From Camelus ferus (Eukaryota), in contig NC_045696.1 of NCBI RefSeq assembly GCF_009834535.1, positions 115,136,001-115,200,000 of the forward strand: a DNA stretch of 64,000 nt. Reading direction: 5' to 3'. Shown one piece after another: positions 12,405 through 24,677 of this stretch; within the stretch, counting starts at the first letter, position 1; each line of letters begins with the position of its first letter. The position numbers and the translations under genes are program-made. The notes under the pieces were generated by a model. It worked only from the letters and a program-made list of their open reading frames with translations. It was not told the origin of the DNA and did no database searches.

Positions 12405-12712
12405 TCTGTTTGTAGTACTCGCAGTCCTGATGTCACAGGCGCGGCAAGGACATCGCAAGGAGGAGTCGGATTACAGTAAGGATGGGCAGTGCAGCAGGCA
12501 GCCCGAGCGCACGCTCCAGCCGCCGGGGATCGTAGCCCGGGAGAGGCAGCCCGCGAGGCGCTCATCCGGCGGAGGAGGCACGCTCGGCGCCCGCTGCTCT
12601 CCGCCGGGGACCTTCCCACCGAATGTAGCATGAAACGGCTTTGCTCTGCGTGTCAGCCCGGGGTGCGAGCTGATGCCGAAGACGCCGCGGTGGGGTTCCA
12701 GCTGTCTGATTA

Positions 12713-12734
12713 ATGAGAAACATAATGTATTTTG
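12713..12734 (+). CDS. ZNF385D: First coding exon of zinc finger protein 385D (MRNIMYF + first base of Gly; phase-1 donor)
   Basis: ATG AGA AAC ATA ATG TAT TTT G|GTGAGT translates to MRNIMYF(G), matching the recalled N-terminus of human ZNF385D (MRNIMYFGGTCQSPALP...). Canonical donor at 12735-12740, in-frame upstream stop TGA at 12671-12673, inside a CpG island. The next exon (GTCQSPALP...) was not seen in the window. Confidence 0.9.
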
Positions 12735-15700
12735 GTGAGTGTTAACTCTGATGATGTAATTCGGGGGGTGCCCGGCGCTTCATCGGTGCAGACGAGCCCT
12801 TTAGCAAATCTTAAAAGCCTCGAGAATAGATTACATGAAACCTACCTCCCTCCAGCCGGCAACTGGAGGATCGAGCCGGTGCAGCCCTCAAAGCTTCCTT
12901 TGTGCTACATTTGGGGCTGTTGATGAGTCGTAGACGAGTTTTAAGTTGGAAAAGGGAAGAGATGGGGGTGGAGGGGGTGGCTAAACTTTGCCTTGATTTG
13001 TCTGCATGAAGTTGGGGTTTTTTGTTTGTTTGTTTGTTTGTTTGTTTTTTTAAGCTAGGTGAGGACGGAGAAATGGTGCGGCGTGGGAAGTCATGGGCTA
13101 ACTTAAATGGAATGTAAAACAAAGTTCTGTGCTCCCGATTCTGTGGAAGCTTAGTCAACATTGATGCTTCATTAAGCATTTTGGTTTGCCCCTAATTCTG
13201 AGACAGAAAGGGAAAACATTCTTTGGCGTGCAGTGGTCGAGCAACTGAGAGCACCCCTCCACACCATCCCAGTTTTCCTGGCTAGCTAGAGCAGCCTAGC
13301 CCAAAATGCATATTATTTTAAGCCCCTTTTAGGTCTTGGAGCTGCTAAACATTGGTGCAGTTTAGTTGTATGCCAGGGTGGAAACCTCTCAGGTTTTCTG
13401 CTGAGCTGCCTGCATTTCCAGAGAACATGCTGAGGCTTAGATCTGGGCTATCCGTGGAGCACTGTAAGTGGGCTGGGAGCTGTGCTTTCGCACTGGAACG
13501 CTGCAACTTACTAGGGGAGGAGGCAAAACCCTTCACTAAATAGGAAACCAAGGATTAGGACTGAATAATCTTTCTTCCTCCCTGAAGTTATGCTCTCCTC
13601 CTCTAAGGTCCATCAGGCCTCATCACCTGAGAGCATCTATCTGATATTAAAAGGTTTTTGAGAGCAACCGGAGAGGGGCTAGGAAGCATTCCAACATGCA
13701 GATGCTCTGGGTGATGAGTGGGCTTGCTTTCAATATGAAAGCTAGTCATTTTTCAGATTAAAGAGGCATTAAGATAAACTTGCAGCGAGGCAGAATTGGT
13801 TTCTGGGGCATTTATTTCCGTGTGTACTATTTGCTTTGTTTTGTTTTCTGGAGCCTTTGGAACATTTGCAAAAGTATGGGAAGGAACCCCCGTTGCAAAA
13901 GCTGAATGCTTTTAGTTGTCTTGACAGCAGTTTTGATTTCCCTCTAATTTGTGCCATATTAGAAAAGAAGTCTTAAAAATAACTCAAATTGATTTGAAAG
14001 AAAGGATCCTCATTTCAGAGCCAAATTCAAGCAGAATCCAGAGTTAAACAAAACCTCCTTCAGAGCAGGGAGGGTAGTGATAGAGGTGGTAAGCGGATTT
14101 ATTGGCGATGAATAAAATAAGTGATTATGGTGAATCTGTCTTTGATGCATGCAAAAGCTTATGTAAAGATGATATATCTTTTGGACAAACTAAAATTTCG
14201 GCCTCTGTAATGATATTTGAGGGATGCGAAGTGAGATTGTAATTTTAGCTTAAGTTTTCGGCCTCTTGCAACAATGCCTAATGTCATTGTGGTCAGTAGG
14301 GAGTGTTACCCAGAGCAGTGGCGAAGTCTGAAAGTACTGGTTAGAGGCCATCCATGCTGGACCAGATCTTCCTGTGGCTGTTGGAGAAATGTTCTCTCGG
14401 CTAGCTCAAGTTATTCACTGCTTGCTAGTCTGGTAAAGCAGGGTGATTCAGAGGGCAATTAGTTTCACTGTGTAATGCAAGTTTTTAATAGCACGCATTG
14501 AAATGTGATGTCTTACTTCAGATGAAACTGTACTCTTTGAAAGGCAAGGCTAAAGTTGCCCTCTGTGTCATGAGCGCGGTTCAGTCTCATCATAATTCCG
14601 GCATGACACACGTTTTGCTATTCTTGGAGGAAATCGTGTGTATTTAGGAACACTGTTTCTCGCAGGTTGTGTTATGCTGCCCCTCGCTCGAGCCGTCTGA
14701 CATCCAGAACTCTGGAAGTCCACCTGTCTCTAATAAAATGTGTGGTACAAGAGAGGGGGCAAGAATGGAACGATTCAATCCAGGCATGTTAAGATTCAAC
14801 AGCATTCTAACATTGCAAATCTCTAAGACTGTGTATGTGTATATGTACATATGTGTATTTGTGTGTGTGTGAGGGGTTATGTATCCTAAATTTTGGCTAT
14901 TTCAGGTAGTTTTTCAAAACAATGCTTTCACTTTGCAGTTTGGTGGCCCGTTACTTTCTTCTTCGTTTTTGAACGGCAAAGGGTTTATCGAGTCTGGGAG
15001 AAGAGGGACAAAGGGGTAGCCAGAATGCACTCTTGGGCTTTTCTGGTGATTTGTGGGAATGGGGTAGAGGTGTCAGAAGTCTTTTATTTGTGTCCCCAGC
15101 AGGGAGTGATGAAGAGCATGTGATGCTGTAACACGCAGTGAATTGATATGCAAGCAGGATATTTACATCCCTTGTAAATAATCTAATTTGTCATTGTTGC
15201 TCCCCCTTCACTCTCCACCTCCTTTCAAATATAACTGAAGACTCATTGCTTGGACAGGCTGGCCCAGCCTCTGCATCTTTGCAGACTTCTTTCCTCTTAG
15301 GGGCTGGACGCTTGGACCTCATCCTTGCCCAGCTGGAGTCAGCCGTGTGTGTGCAAGTTGGTGGAATATGTAATATTTCCAGTTCTCCAGAACAGCTCAT
15401 GTTTTGAGTGTGCTGTCTCCGATTTACAAGACTAATGGACCCTTTTAATGACTTAAGCCTCCCTCTTATCTCCCATTGAAATTGTAGTGCAGCGTTTTCA
15501 ATAATTGTTCATTTGCACTCAAGGCGCAGTGATTTAAGAGTTTGCTGTTCAGTCGCCGTGGATACTTTTGTTACTTATTCTATCGATCTTGCATTCATTA
15601 CTTGGAGTTAGAAACAAGGTTTCACACGGGAGAAAGAAGAGGAAAATCCCAGTCAGCAACCTGCTTGGGATCGACTGCAAAGAGCCGAGGGAAAATCGTC

Positions 15701-17515
15701 AGGACTTAGGAAGTCACCCTCCCCGCCCCCATGAATATTTCACATAGTTAAAAATTACATGTGCCGAGGATGAATCGCCATTAATAATGTACCCGGGAAT
15801 GAAAGCCAGCAGCTGGGAGACTTTCCCCCGGATTAAGGCAGAGGCTGTGGGTGGTTGTCAGTGAGCACACCTGCCCCAAGCCGCCTGGTCACAGTTGGGT
15901 CAGAGGAGCGTGTGGGAGGAAGGGCGGTGCTGTGCTCCAGTGCATCCTGGCAGAAGGTGGTACCCATGCTCTGTCTCCTGCTCTAAGTATGTCTGAATCA
16001 CCTCCCCCTTTCCATCTGGCCCAACACATTTCTCCACTGCAGGAGTGGTGAGTGGTTGCCAGCGGTCATGCCAACCTCACAAATTGTCCACGGTTGGCCA
16101 AGGGAGGTGCCATGTCGCAACCCTTTGCCATCAGGAGAGATCACCGGAGCCTGATGGCACTGAGGAAATTCTGTGTGGCCGCAGATCAACCCGATGGAGA
16201 CTACAGTGCACTTACAGCCAGGCAGGGGCCGGGGCTTGCTCCATGAGAATCCTGCTGAAGAAAGAAAGATACACCTTAAGCAAATGAAGAGAACCCAGAG
16301 ACAACGATCAGAGCTCCCTCTGAACGCCACAGTTAATGGCGTATTAATTAAACCTGGGGAAAAGGGCGATCAAAATTTAGAAAGCGTGAATGAGCCACTC
16401 AAGTTCAGCGTGGTGTTAATTGTAGATCTGCTGTCTTCTTTAAAATGCCTTAGAAAAACAAGAAAAAAAAAAAAAGACTCAGTGGTGTGCCTATCCCAAC
16501 ACAAAATAGTTGGTGGAGGAAGCTTTTAATACAACAGCGAGGAAAAAAAAAATCTCATGGGAAAATTCTAGACCAGAAGCCTGTTCCCTTGCCTATAATG
16601 GACACGTTTGTACATTGTCACAGGAAGGACTTTGTGTTTCCCCCGGGATGTTTAGAACATTCTCAAGTCAGCATTTACTCTTTGGGTTGTGGCTGCACCA
16701 TCAAGTTTCACCTCTGCAGCGGGATATTAGAAAAACAGTTAAGTGGCAAGGTTATAAGGAAGGAAATGAGCAGACAACAGCAGGCAGCAGAGGAAAACAT
16801 TCCTTTTTTTTACGTTTTCAGTGGAAACATTTAACGCATCCTAATTAGCTTGTACTGAGTGATGTACTATGAGGGATGAGGTCCACTGGAGTCTCTCAAA
16901 CACTCTGGACTATATTTCCCGAGGCTGCCGGAGGGAGAGAATCATTCAGGAAGGACTCTGTTAGTCCACATTACTCTTTTTAAAGTTTGAAGTCATTACC
17001 ACTGTGTTTTATTACAAATGAATCTAAATGACATGCGATAAATTAATACATAACAGGGATGGACAATAGTACAGGTGAATATTGTCAGAAAGCATCCTAT
17101 GCGGGAAACTGAAGTCGAAGCGAACTCCCTCAAGACATTTCTCTTTCAAGTTCATACGAATTTTCTGATTGTCAGGAACCAAATCCCAAGTGTGATCAAG
17201 ATGCCAGTTACAGGGATTACTGATTAGGACCCTTACATTTTTAGCAAAACTTTTTTCTTTTCTTTTTTTTTTTCCCCAGGACCTTCTTAGTTGCTGTAAT
17301 TATATGGAAATGAGATGGGTTTATTTAAGGGATAAGTTCCAAAATTCATGAGATAATGACAACTTGCAAAGTTACCCTTTTGTGGGTGGCATAATTGTTC
17401 CAAAAAACAAATGAAAAATTTAAATTAGTGGTTTCTGACTTCCACTGCAGAATATCTGGTCACAGCTGCTTTTGACTGAAACCTCCCTTGGTAAGACAAG
17501 ATATGTTAGCTACTA

Positions 17516-17517
<2 letters not shown>

Positions 17518-17565
<48 letters not shown>

Positions 17566-17573
17566 TGTGTGTG
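17518..17573. repeat. (TG)n microsatellite
   Basis: Long near-perfect TG run read directly. Confidence 0.97.
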
Positions 17574-18894
17574 ACACTGGATCATCAAATAGTGCCTTGT
17601 TGTATAAATACCCAAATAAGATTTCTCATTCCCATCTTTTGTGTCTTCTTAAATCTTTTTACATCATTGGAAAGGTAAAACATAAAGTACTGATTGAATA
17701 AGATGGATATCAAGCTATTTTTCTGAGCACAGTGGGCTTTCAAGTTTATCAACCATTATATACATTAGAGGTTTTTGAAATCAAGCCATAAAGATAATTT
17801 TCAAGGCTTTTCCTGCTTAAGAAACAGTGATGCTTGTACAAGCAGAAAACTATTTCTACTTTGACCTTGAGAAAGAGATGTTTCCACTTGTATTACACTA
17901 TGAAAAACATGTCAGAAACAACAAAGGTCATAATCACTGCCCTCTCTCTCTCTCTGTCTCTCTTTAAAGAAGTCATTACATATCATTTCCCACAAAGATT
18001 AGTTTTGCAACAGAATTTCACACATGATTGGTGGCATTAAGAGAAAATACAGCATAAGAGGTGGCTAGAAATATCAAAGCTAAAAGTGGTTGAGATCACG
18101 CTTGAACCAAATTGCTAGGGTTGAAAATCGGCAGACGCTCTGCTCTGTTGCTGTGTTGAAATCGTTATGAAGCAGCTGGAAGTCGGTCTTCGTTGAACGT
18201 GAACTCCAGGTTTGCACAGCCTTTAAAATTGAAGGCATTTCCATGCAACCCTCTGAATTCTGAAACCTGAAGTGCAGAGAACTTCTAAATGCAGAGGAAC
18301 TTCTATGAGAACACTGGGTCGGATGCAATGAACTCCTTCTCCTTTCCCAACCGCTCAGTTTTCTTTTCTTTTTTTTCCCCCTTTTCTACCCACTTGCAAT
18401 AATCACATTTCTGTAAATGGAGGAGGAAGGAGAAATGTAACCTGGCCAAGGTCAGAGGGGAAATCGCAGCGGCGTCAGGGTCAGGGTTGGTGGTCTGAGA
18501 AATGCTCTCTGTCCCAAAGCGCCACTGCGCCTGGTGGGAGGTGGGGTCTGGGGCGCAGGGATGACGTCTGGGGCTGAGGTTTTTTAAATGCTCAAGTCTT
18601 GTTGACTCTGTATCCTCAGCATCCCGTTCAGCCCAGCGCCAGGCACATAGGCACTTGCCAGTAGGTGCTGACAGTGCGAGATGGAAGGGATGTTGGAGAT
18701 CAGAGAGGAAGGGGATGCACTTCCTCGGAGGACCCTCAAGGCTACTGTTCCCTGTATGTGCATTGACAAGAGAAATGCGCTTCTTGGAGCCGGAAACATT
18801 AACTGCCTTTTTTTTTTTTTTTTTTTTTTTTCAAATCTGTAAGAGTAAGGACTAGTCCTTAGAAATTAGATCATTAGATAAATGTCAGGAATTC

Positions 18895-19240
18895 GGTGGG
18901 GAGGGTATCGCTCAGGGGTATCGCTCATGCTTAGAATGTATGAGATCCTGGGTTCAAGATGAGTATTAGAATACAGACATAGTTTATAGGCATATGAATA
19001 TGGAAAATAAAAATACAATTTTTTTCCTTGGAACATTGAAACATGTACCAGGACATACATCACATAATATTGAAGGAAGAGCAAGTCCATGGGGTTTCTG
19101 ATGGACATTGTGTCTTTATCTTAAAGAAAGCTATCCAAACAGGAGAGTGTCACTATTCTCCTGGGCAGCCTGTACCGCCATTTAAATGAATGAATGAACG
19201 AATAAACCTAATTACCTCCCCCCAAACAAAAAACAAGCCA
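18895..19240 (+). mobile_element. tRNA-derived SINE (Vic-1-like) split by an internal ~210-bp insert
   Basis: Head GGGGAGGGTATCGCTCAG...CCTGGGTTCAA (18895-18957); tail GTACCGCCATTTAAAT...AAACCTAATTACCTCCCCCCAAA (19169-19240); TSD AAATGTCAGGAATTC (18880-18894) vs AAATGTGAGGAATTC (19241-19255). Confidence 0.85.
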
Positions 19241-19859
19241 AAATGTGAGGAATTCCACAAGATTTTTTTGTGTTTCGGTTTACTTCTTTCTTCATTGGAC
19301 TCCACAGAGGGTAGAGAAGAGGGACAGATCTATAGACTAGTAAGACCAGTGTTCAAAAAGTTCTGAAGAATACAGGAAATCATCACCTGAGATGGTGGGG
19401 TTGCATTTGGTTTATCAGTCCATCAGGTCACGGTGTCAGTCTACCAAGTCGCAGTGTCAGCTCGCAGCTACGCATGGTTTTAGTGACTTTGCCCCAGGTG
19501 TTGGCATCTCTTGCCCAGGAGGCTGGGAGAGGCAGGCACTGCCTTCTGTCCAAGTAGCTGGAAATGCCCAGGAAGGCCATGCATCTGGAAAATTGCCATT
19601 TGTTCTGGCTGAGAAAAATGGAGATTAGCTGACTGCCGTTTGCCAGGCTTTTGTAAAATTGTTCTCCACCCTTCCCTTTTTCATAGGCCTGCATTTTGCT
19701 GATGAGGGGGAGCACCTGTGGCAGATTGCTCAGAGGAGAAAAAGGCAATAATGACTGTAAACAGAGTTTAATACAATGGCCCTTACACTTGTATAGCAAT
19801 TGGTATTTTTAAAAATGCACCTACATTATGCTTTTTTTTTTTTTTTAAATCCTGAAAAT

Positions 19860-19995
19860 GAACCATTGTGGGAGGTAGGCAAAATATAATTACTCCTATT
19901 TTTAGATGAGCGCTCTGAGTCTCAGATGGCCGAAACAACTTTCTCAAGGTCACACAGCCAGTAAATGTTAAGGCCGAGACTCCAATTCAGTGCTT
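19860..19995 (-). mobile_element. MIR SINE
   Basis: ATTTTTAGATGAG...CTGAG...CTCAAGGTCACACAGCCAGTAAATG MIR core. Confidence 0.7.
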
Positions 19996-20023
19996 TTAAG
20001 GCTTACTTTAGTGCTTTTTGCTC

Positions 20024-20164
20024 TTTTTCTTCTTTTTATTGAAGTAGAGCTGATTTACAATGTTGTGTTAGTTTCTGGTGTACAGCATAGTGATTCGGTT
20101 ACACACACATATATATTCTTTTTCATTGTAGTTTATTACAAGCTATTGAATAGAGTTCCCTGTG
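20024..20164 (-). mobile_element. L1 3' end, short
   Basis: TTTTTATTGAAGTAGAGCTGATTTACAATGTTGTGTTAGTTTCTGGTGTACAGCATAGTGATTC. Confidence 0.85.
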
Positions 20165-22974
20165 GTAGTGGTCTTTACTCTTTACAGCAGAGCATAGGGG
20201 CATATTTTTATGAATGGAAGATTATTTGTCATAATAATGCTAGAAAAAAATATTCCAGCTGCTAGCTAAAGAAATGACTACAGATGACTGAGATCCAAGA
20301 TATACTTGTGTTTTGACTTTGTGGAATCACACTTAATGCCAGCAGTCTGAATATAATTCAGACTTTTATTTATTCTGCCTTTTTTTTTTTAACATCAAGT
20401 AATTAATAATCAGAAAAAAAATCTAATTAAAAGGCATGAATCAGCCTGGGGCAGGAACCAGGCTTTCTCTACTGCTTCTGTTTTCCAAGGCATTGTTAGC
20501 TATTAAGGCTTATATGCTTATATTAATTATATGTTGTATATACCTGCTGTCTCACTATTTAACTCAATGCTTGTCATTAAAAAAAAAAATACAAGTCATT
20601 TGTGCGACAAACTTTGATATTTACAGAGACATTCTCTCCAGGATTTGTTCAAGATGGAGTCTCAACTCGGTCCTTAATTCTATGACTGACACATAAGCAA
20701 AAAACAACCTACTTTAGGATCTCGGCCCTTTTACTTACTGGCTCTTTATCCGTGGGCAAGTCCCCTCACATTTTGAGATCCAGTTTTTTTGTGTGTGTGT
20801 AAAGGAGAATAGTGGTAATGTGTTTCCCACAGTTCTATTTTGAGGACTAAAATATACAAGGCGTATGAAAGTGCCAAGCCCCGGGAAGTACACCATGAGC
20901 CATCAGTAAAATTTGATTCTTTCTTGCTTTTCCCCTCTAGATTCAATATAAAATTAAAAAAAAAATATGATAGTTCCCTTTTGGGGTCAAACCTGAAAAC
21001 AGGATCCATGCCAATCAATTCACAAAGGAGGGCTTTAATGCAGTTAACTTGTTATGTGGGTGGTAGAGGAGCTGGAAGCCACATGAGGGGTAGGGAGGCA
21101 GCCCAGAGATTGGCAACAGCAAGAAACTGGTAGTTGTAAGATGTGGAGATGAGAAATGGGGTCCTGGAGGCCAGGACCCAGTGCCTCCTGGTGGGGGCTG
21201 GAATCATGGCTGACCTAAGACACTGAGGATGGAAGGATTCAGCTTCAGGCACAGAGAGATGGAGAAATAGGCTGACTTCTCCCTTTCACACACCCTCCAG
21301 TGCATGCCTCTGCCTCTCTTTGGCGGAACTGAGCAGAGGGCCAACCTGGGCAGTACCTTGCTCATGTCAGCACCCAGACAGTCCAGGGAATATTTGAGAG
21401 ACAGATCTCAGGGCAAACTGGCCAGGGACCTGGAGGAAGATCTGACACCTGGTGTAAGTTAGCACTTTAAATGAGACAGTGTCTCTGCAAACAGACGTCA
21501 GTTATCAGCGAGAGGTTTGCTTCGGGGAGATGCAGGGAGGAGGGAAAGGATGATAGTTGAAGAGCTTTCAGGGATTCTTCACCAGTCCTCCCCGTTTAAG
21601 CTCCTCCTGGCGTGTTCTGGTTACGGTGACATCGGACAAATTTGCGGATCTCTCTCTGCGTCAGTTTTTCCCTTTCTGCAATGGGTGAGAAGGTCTGACA
21701 GATTCAGTGAGATGCTGAAGCAGGCCTCATAATCTGCATCACACGAATGGGCCTTGTTATGAGGATGTGAAAACCAGCTGAGTTAGAGAGGAGCAGATTT
21801 TGAAAAAAGTCACAGTTTGAAACATCTGTTCAGCTGTGCAACTTAGCATTGCAGCAGAGATATCTGAGTGCACTGAGGACCGGGGCATTCAGTTACCTCC
21901 TCAAACAGCCCCATGTATTGAGGGGTTAGACGTACCCTGAGGCCACTTCTAATCTGTTCTTTGTCCTTACTCTCTAAGAAAGTGACATGGCGGAAGCAGA
22001 GGCAGGAGAGAGAAACGAGCAGGGCAGAAAATCTCTGGAAAGACTCCACGCCCCACACTCCTTGCTGTCTGAGCCTCTAATGGGGACAGACACATTGAAA
22101 GCAGAGGGAGTTTATTAATAGGTGCTTGGGAAGGAAAGAAGGCTTTGATATTGATTTTTCTCTCTCTCCTTCCATGGGTTGCTCGACTTTTAAACACTGA
22201 TTTCTTTGGCTGACTGGCACTGCTACTAAAAAAAAAAAAAAAAAAATTAAGGCAAAACATTCTGTCCTTCCTGTATGGAATTATTAGTATCTCTCTCAAA
22301 GCCTGCGTCTCAAGCCTGGTGACAGTTTATAATTTTTGATGCCTTTGTTTGAGACAATGCAGAGGTAACAAATGGGGAAAGATGCCCTTATGGTGCTCAA
22401 CCTGGAAGGCACATGGTCACTGCCACGTGTTTCTAGTAGCTGCCCCAGGAATCATCCGTGGACTGTAACTTATAGGGCTTTGGGGATTCTTAGGAGCCAT
22501 GTCGTAAGGAAGCTCTATCAGTTAAATGGTGCATTAGAAGTTACTTACTTAAAAACTTTCTTTTTCCCTGAAAAAGAAAAAAAAAAAGTGTAAGATCCCA
22601 AATACTAACTTCTGGTAACTTAGTTCTTTGGGGGCACCATTTCCTGGGTTTTCCTAACTTTAAAGTGCTGAATAAGTAAGAACACTACAGGCAGAAGCCC
22701 AAGGCATAGACTTTAGGGACCTCTTGGTTTCCTCAGAGAATTTTTCATCTCCCGTTTGTGGAGAGCAGTCCTGGTGCTGACAGGTGACGTGCCGCCACTG
22801 ACAGAAGAGGGGAATTTCGCAGAGCCCAAATGCCTGTTTTGTGCCAGGGGCTGGTGTGATTACTTCATTGGCACCTCACCACCATCCTTAAGAGGAAGGC
22901 CATTGGGTCTAAATCCTGGCTCCACAAAGGAATCCTCTGGGAAACCATGCTCTTCTCAAGGCTCCGAGGCAGTC

Positions 22975-23080
22975 TGATTAAACTCATTTCTCTGGGCTGG
23001 AGCCCAGGCATCTGCATTTCTTTTAAACCTTTTCAACTGCCTCAGTTGCTTCTGAAGGACAGCCAGACTGAGAACCACTG
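22975..23080. mobile_element. MER5-family hAT-Charlie MITE fragment
   Basis: GGAGCCCAGGCATCTGCATTT...TGAGAACCACTG terminal motif. Confidence 0.65.
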
Positions 23081-23489
23081 AGAAGGGTAATGTTAAGCAC
23101 TTTACAGAGTGTGCCCTGCTCCCCAGGAATCCCCAGCTTGCTGGGTCACCGATGCAGCAGGTCAGGACTCCAGTTCAGGTCAGTCTGAGTCCAAAACTTG
23201 TGTTCTCTCCTCTCAACACACCACCTCTGTTGAAGAAATCAGCCGACAGTGTGAAATCTGGACCTGATTACAAGCTGCGTTGTGCTGCCCCCTGGTTTCA
23301 AAGTAGACGTCTTTAGGGGTGAGCCCCCCCTCCCTTATCCTTGGGACTGTTTCTAGAGCTGGTATCCAAAAGAGATTCATGCTATGCTTAGCTGATTCAG
23401 GATCACAGTGGCATATAGTTCTAGAAAGGATTTTAGAATCATGCCTTTAAATTTAATGTTCAGACAATACCCCCCCCCCCCGATGATAT

Positions 23490-23600
23490 TAGAACACAGA
23501 TCTTGATTCAGTAGGTCTGGGGTGCAGCCTGAGAGTCTGCCTTTCAGATGAGCTCCCAGGAGGTGTCGGTGCTGCTGACTACTGACCACACTTTAAGGAG
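23490..23600 (-). mobile_element. MER5A fragment
   Basis: TGATTCAGTAGGTCTGGGGTGCAGCCTGAGAGTCTGC...CTCCCAGG...GACCACACTTT. Confidence 0.75.
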
Positions 23601-24677
23601 TAAGTCTTTAGAGATCTTTTTGCTGAGTGATGGCTTTCTGCTGATATTGAAAATCAGGTCAACTTCTCTAACCTAAGTTTCTCTGTTCCTGTTGTACAAG
23701 ATACTGAATGGTCCACGGTTAGAATTCCACTTTGGGTAGCCAATCTCCCCACTTTCGCCTGAGACAGAAGGTTCCCAGAATGTGGGACTTGTGGTGCTGA
23801 AATAAAGCTAGTCTCACACAGACTGGGATGAATTGTCCCCCTTCATTTCACTGTATCAAGTTCGAATCCTAGCTTCAAACCTCAAGACCAAGTTCCCGGC
23901 CATGGAGAACTTGTGCAAGTGACTTGATTTCTTTGAGCCTCAGATTCCCTATCTATGAGACAAGAGTAGTAAATGAAACTTCCTAGAATAATGATAAGGA
24001 TTGAATTAGCTGGTGTACGCAGGGCACTGGACCTGCTGTCACAGTGTTCATTCTCACTCGATGTTGACCTGACTCAGCACTCAACCTCCATTACTGAAAA
24101 GAAGAAACGCCCCAAAGATCGAGTGTCATGGGTCACAGATCATCTTTACAGCCCCATCTCTGTGCAGACAGGGCAGCTTGTCCATCACCTGCTGTCCTCA
24201 CATCTGACGGGCAAGCCTGGGTGGTCATTCTTCACGCCGTGTGCGGCTTGCTTACCCGGACTATCAATACTAATGATTTTTGTTTCTTGTTTAGGGGAAG
24301 AAAGGCCTGGCAAAGGCTCAGCCACCTTGGGACTCTGTGAACTGGCCCTCTGTGTTCCTGTTGACCTTGTTTATCCATTAGTGTTTTTCTGAGCTGGGTA
24401 ACAGTTGATGAGGGTGGCCGCAACTAATGACCGTCCCCTCCATCTCCTGACCCATCGCTGTCTTAACAATCGGTCGCCTAAAAACAACACGCACACAGAC
24501 AGGGCGGCTTCCACTAACATGCCCGTGGACAGGGAAAAAGAAAAACTTTAGCTCACACACTAGCTCAGAGCCTGGCATATGGACACTGGGATCCTAAGGG
24601 TTTACTGAGTGTGCTGTCAAGCCATGGGCGTCTGTCTTGAATACGGGTGAATTTCCAGCGGAGCCCTGAGGTTTGGA

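Larger units (their letters stand above)
12100..12900 (+). promoter_or_regulatory. ZNF385D: CpG island / TATA-less promoter and 5' UTR of ZNF385D
   Basis: Sharp rise in GC and CpG (e.g. CCCCGCGCGCGCC ~12204) against an AT-rich background; GC boxes GGGGCGGG 12108-12115 and CCCGCCCC ~12268; surrounds the first exon. Exact TSS cannot be read from sequence. Confidence 0.85.

Noticed and set aside
12158..12631. 157-aa antisense ORF over the CpG island
   Set aside because: GC-rich sequence is depleted of stops; the Pro/Ala/Gly-rich product partly comes from the (GGGGT)n repeat and resembles no known protein.
14564..14610. TGTGTCATG/CATGACACA inverted repeat as a pre-miRNA
   Set aside because: Only a 9-bp stem around a 29-nt mostly unpaired loop; too short and compatible with chance.
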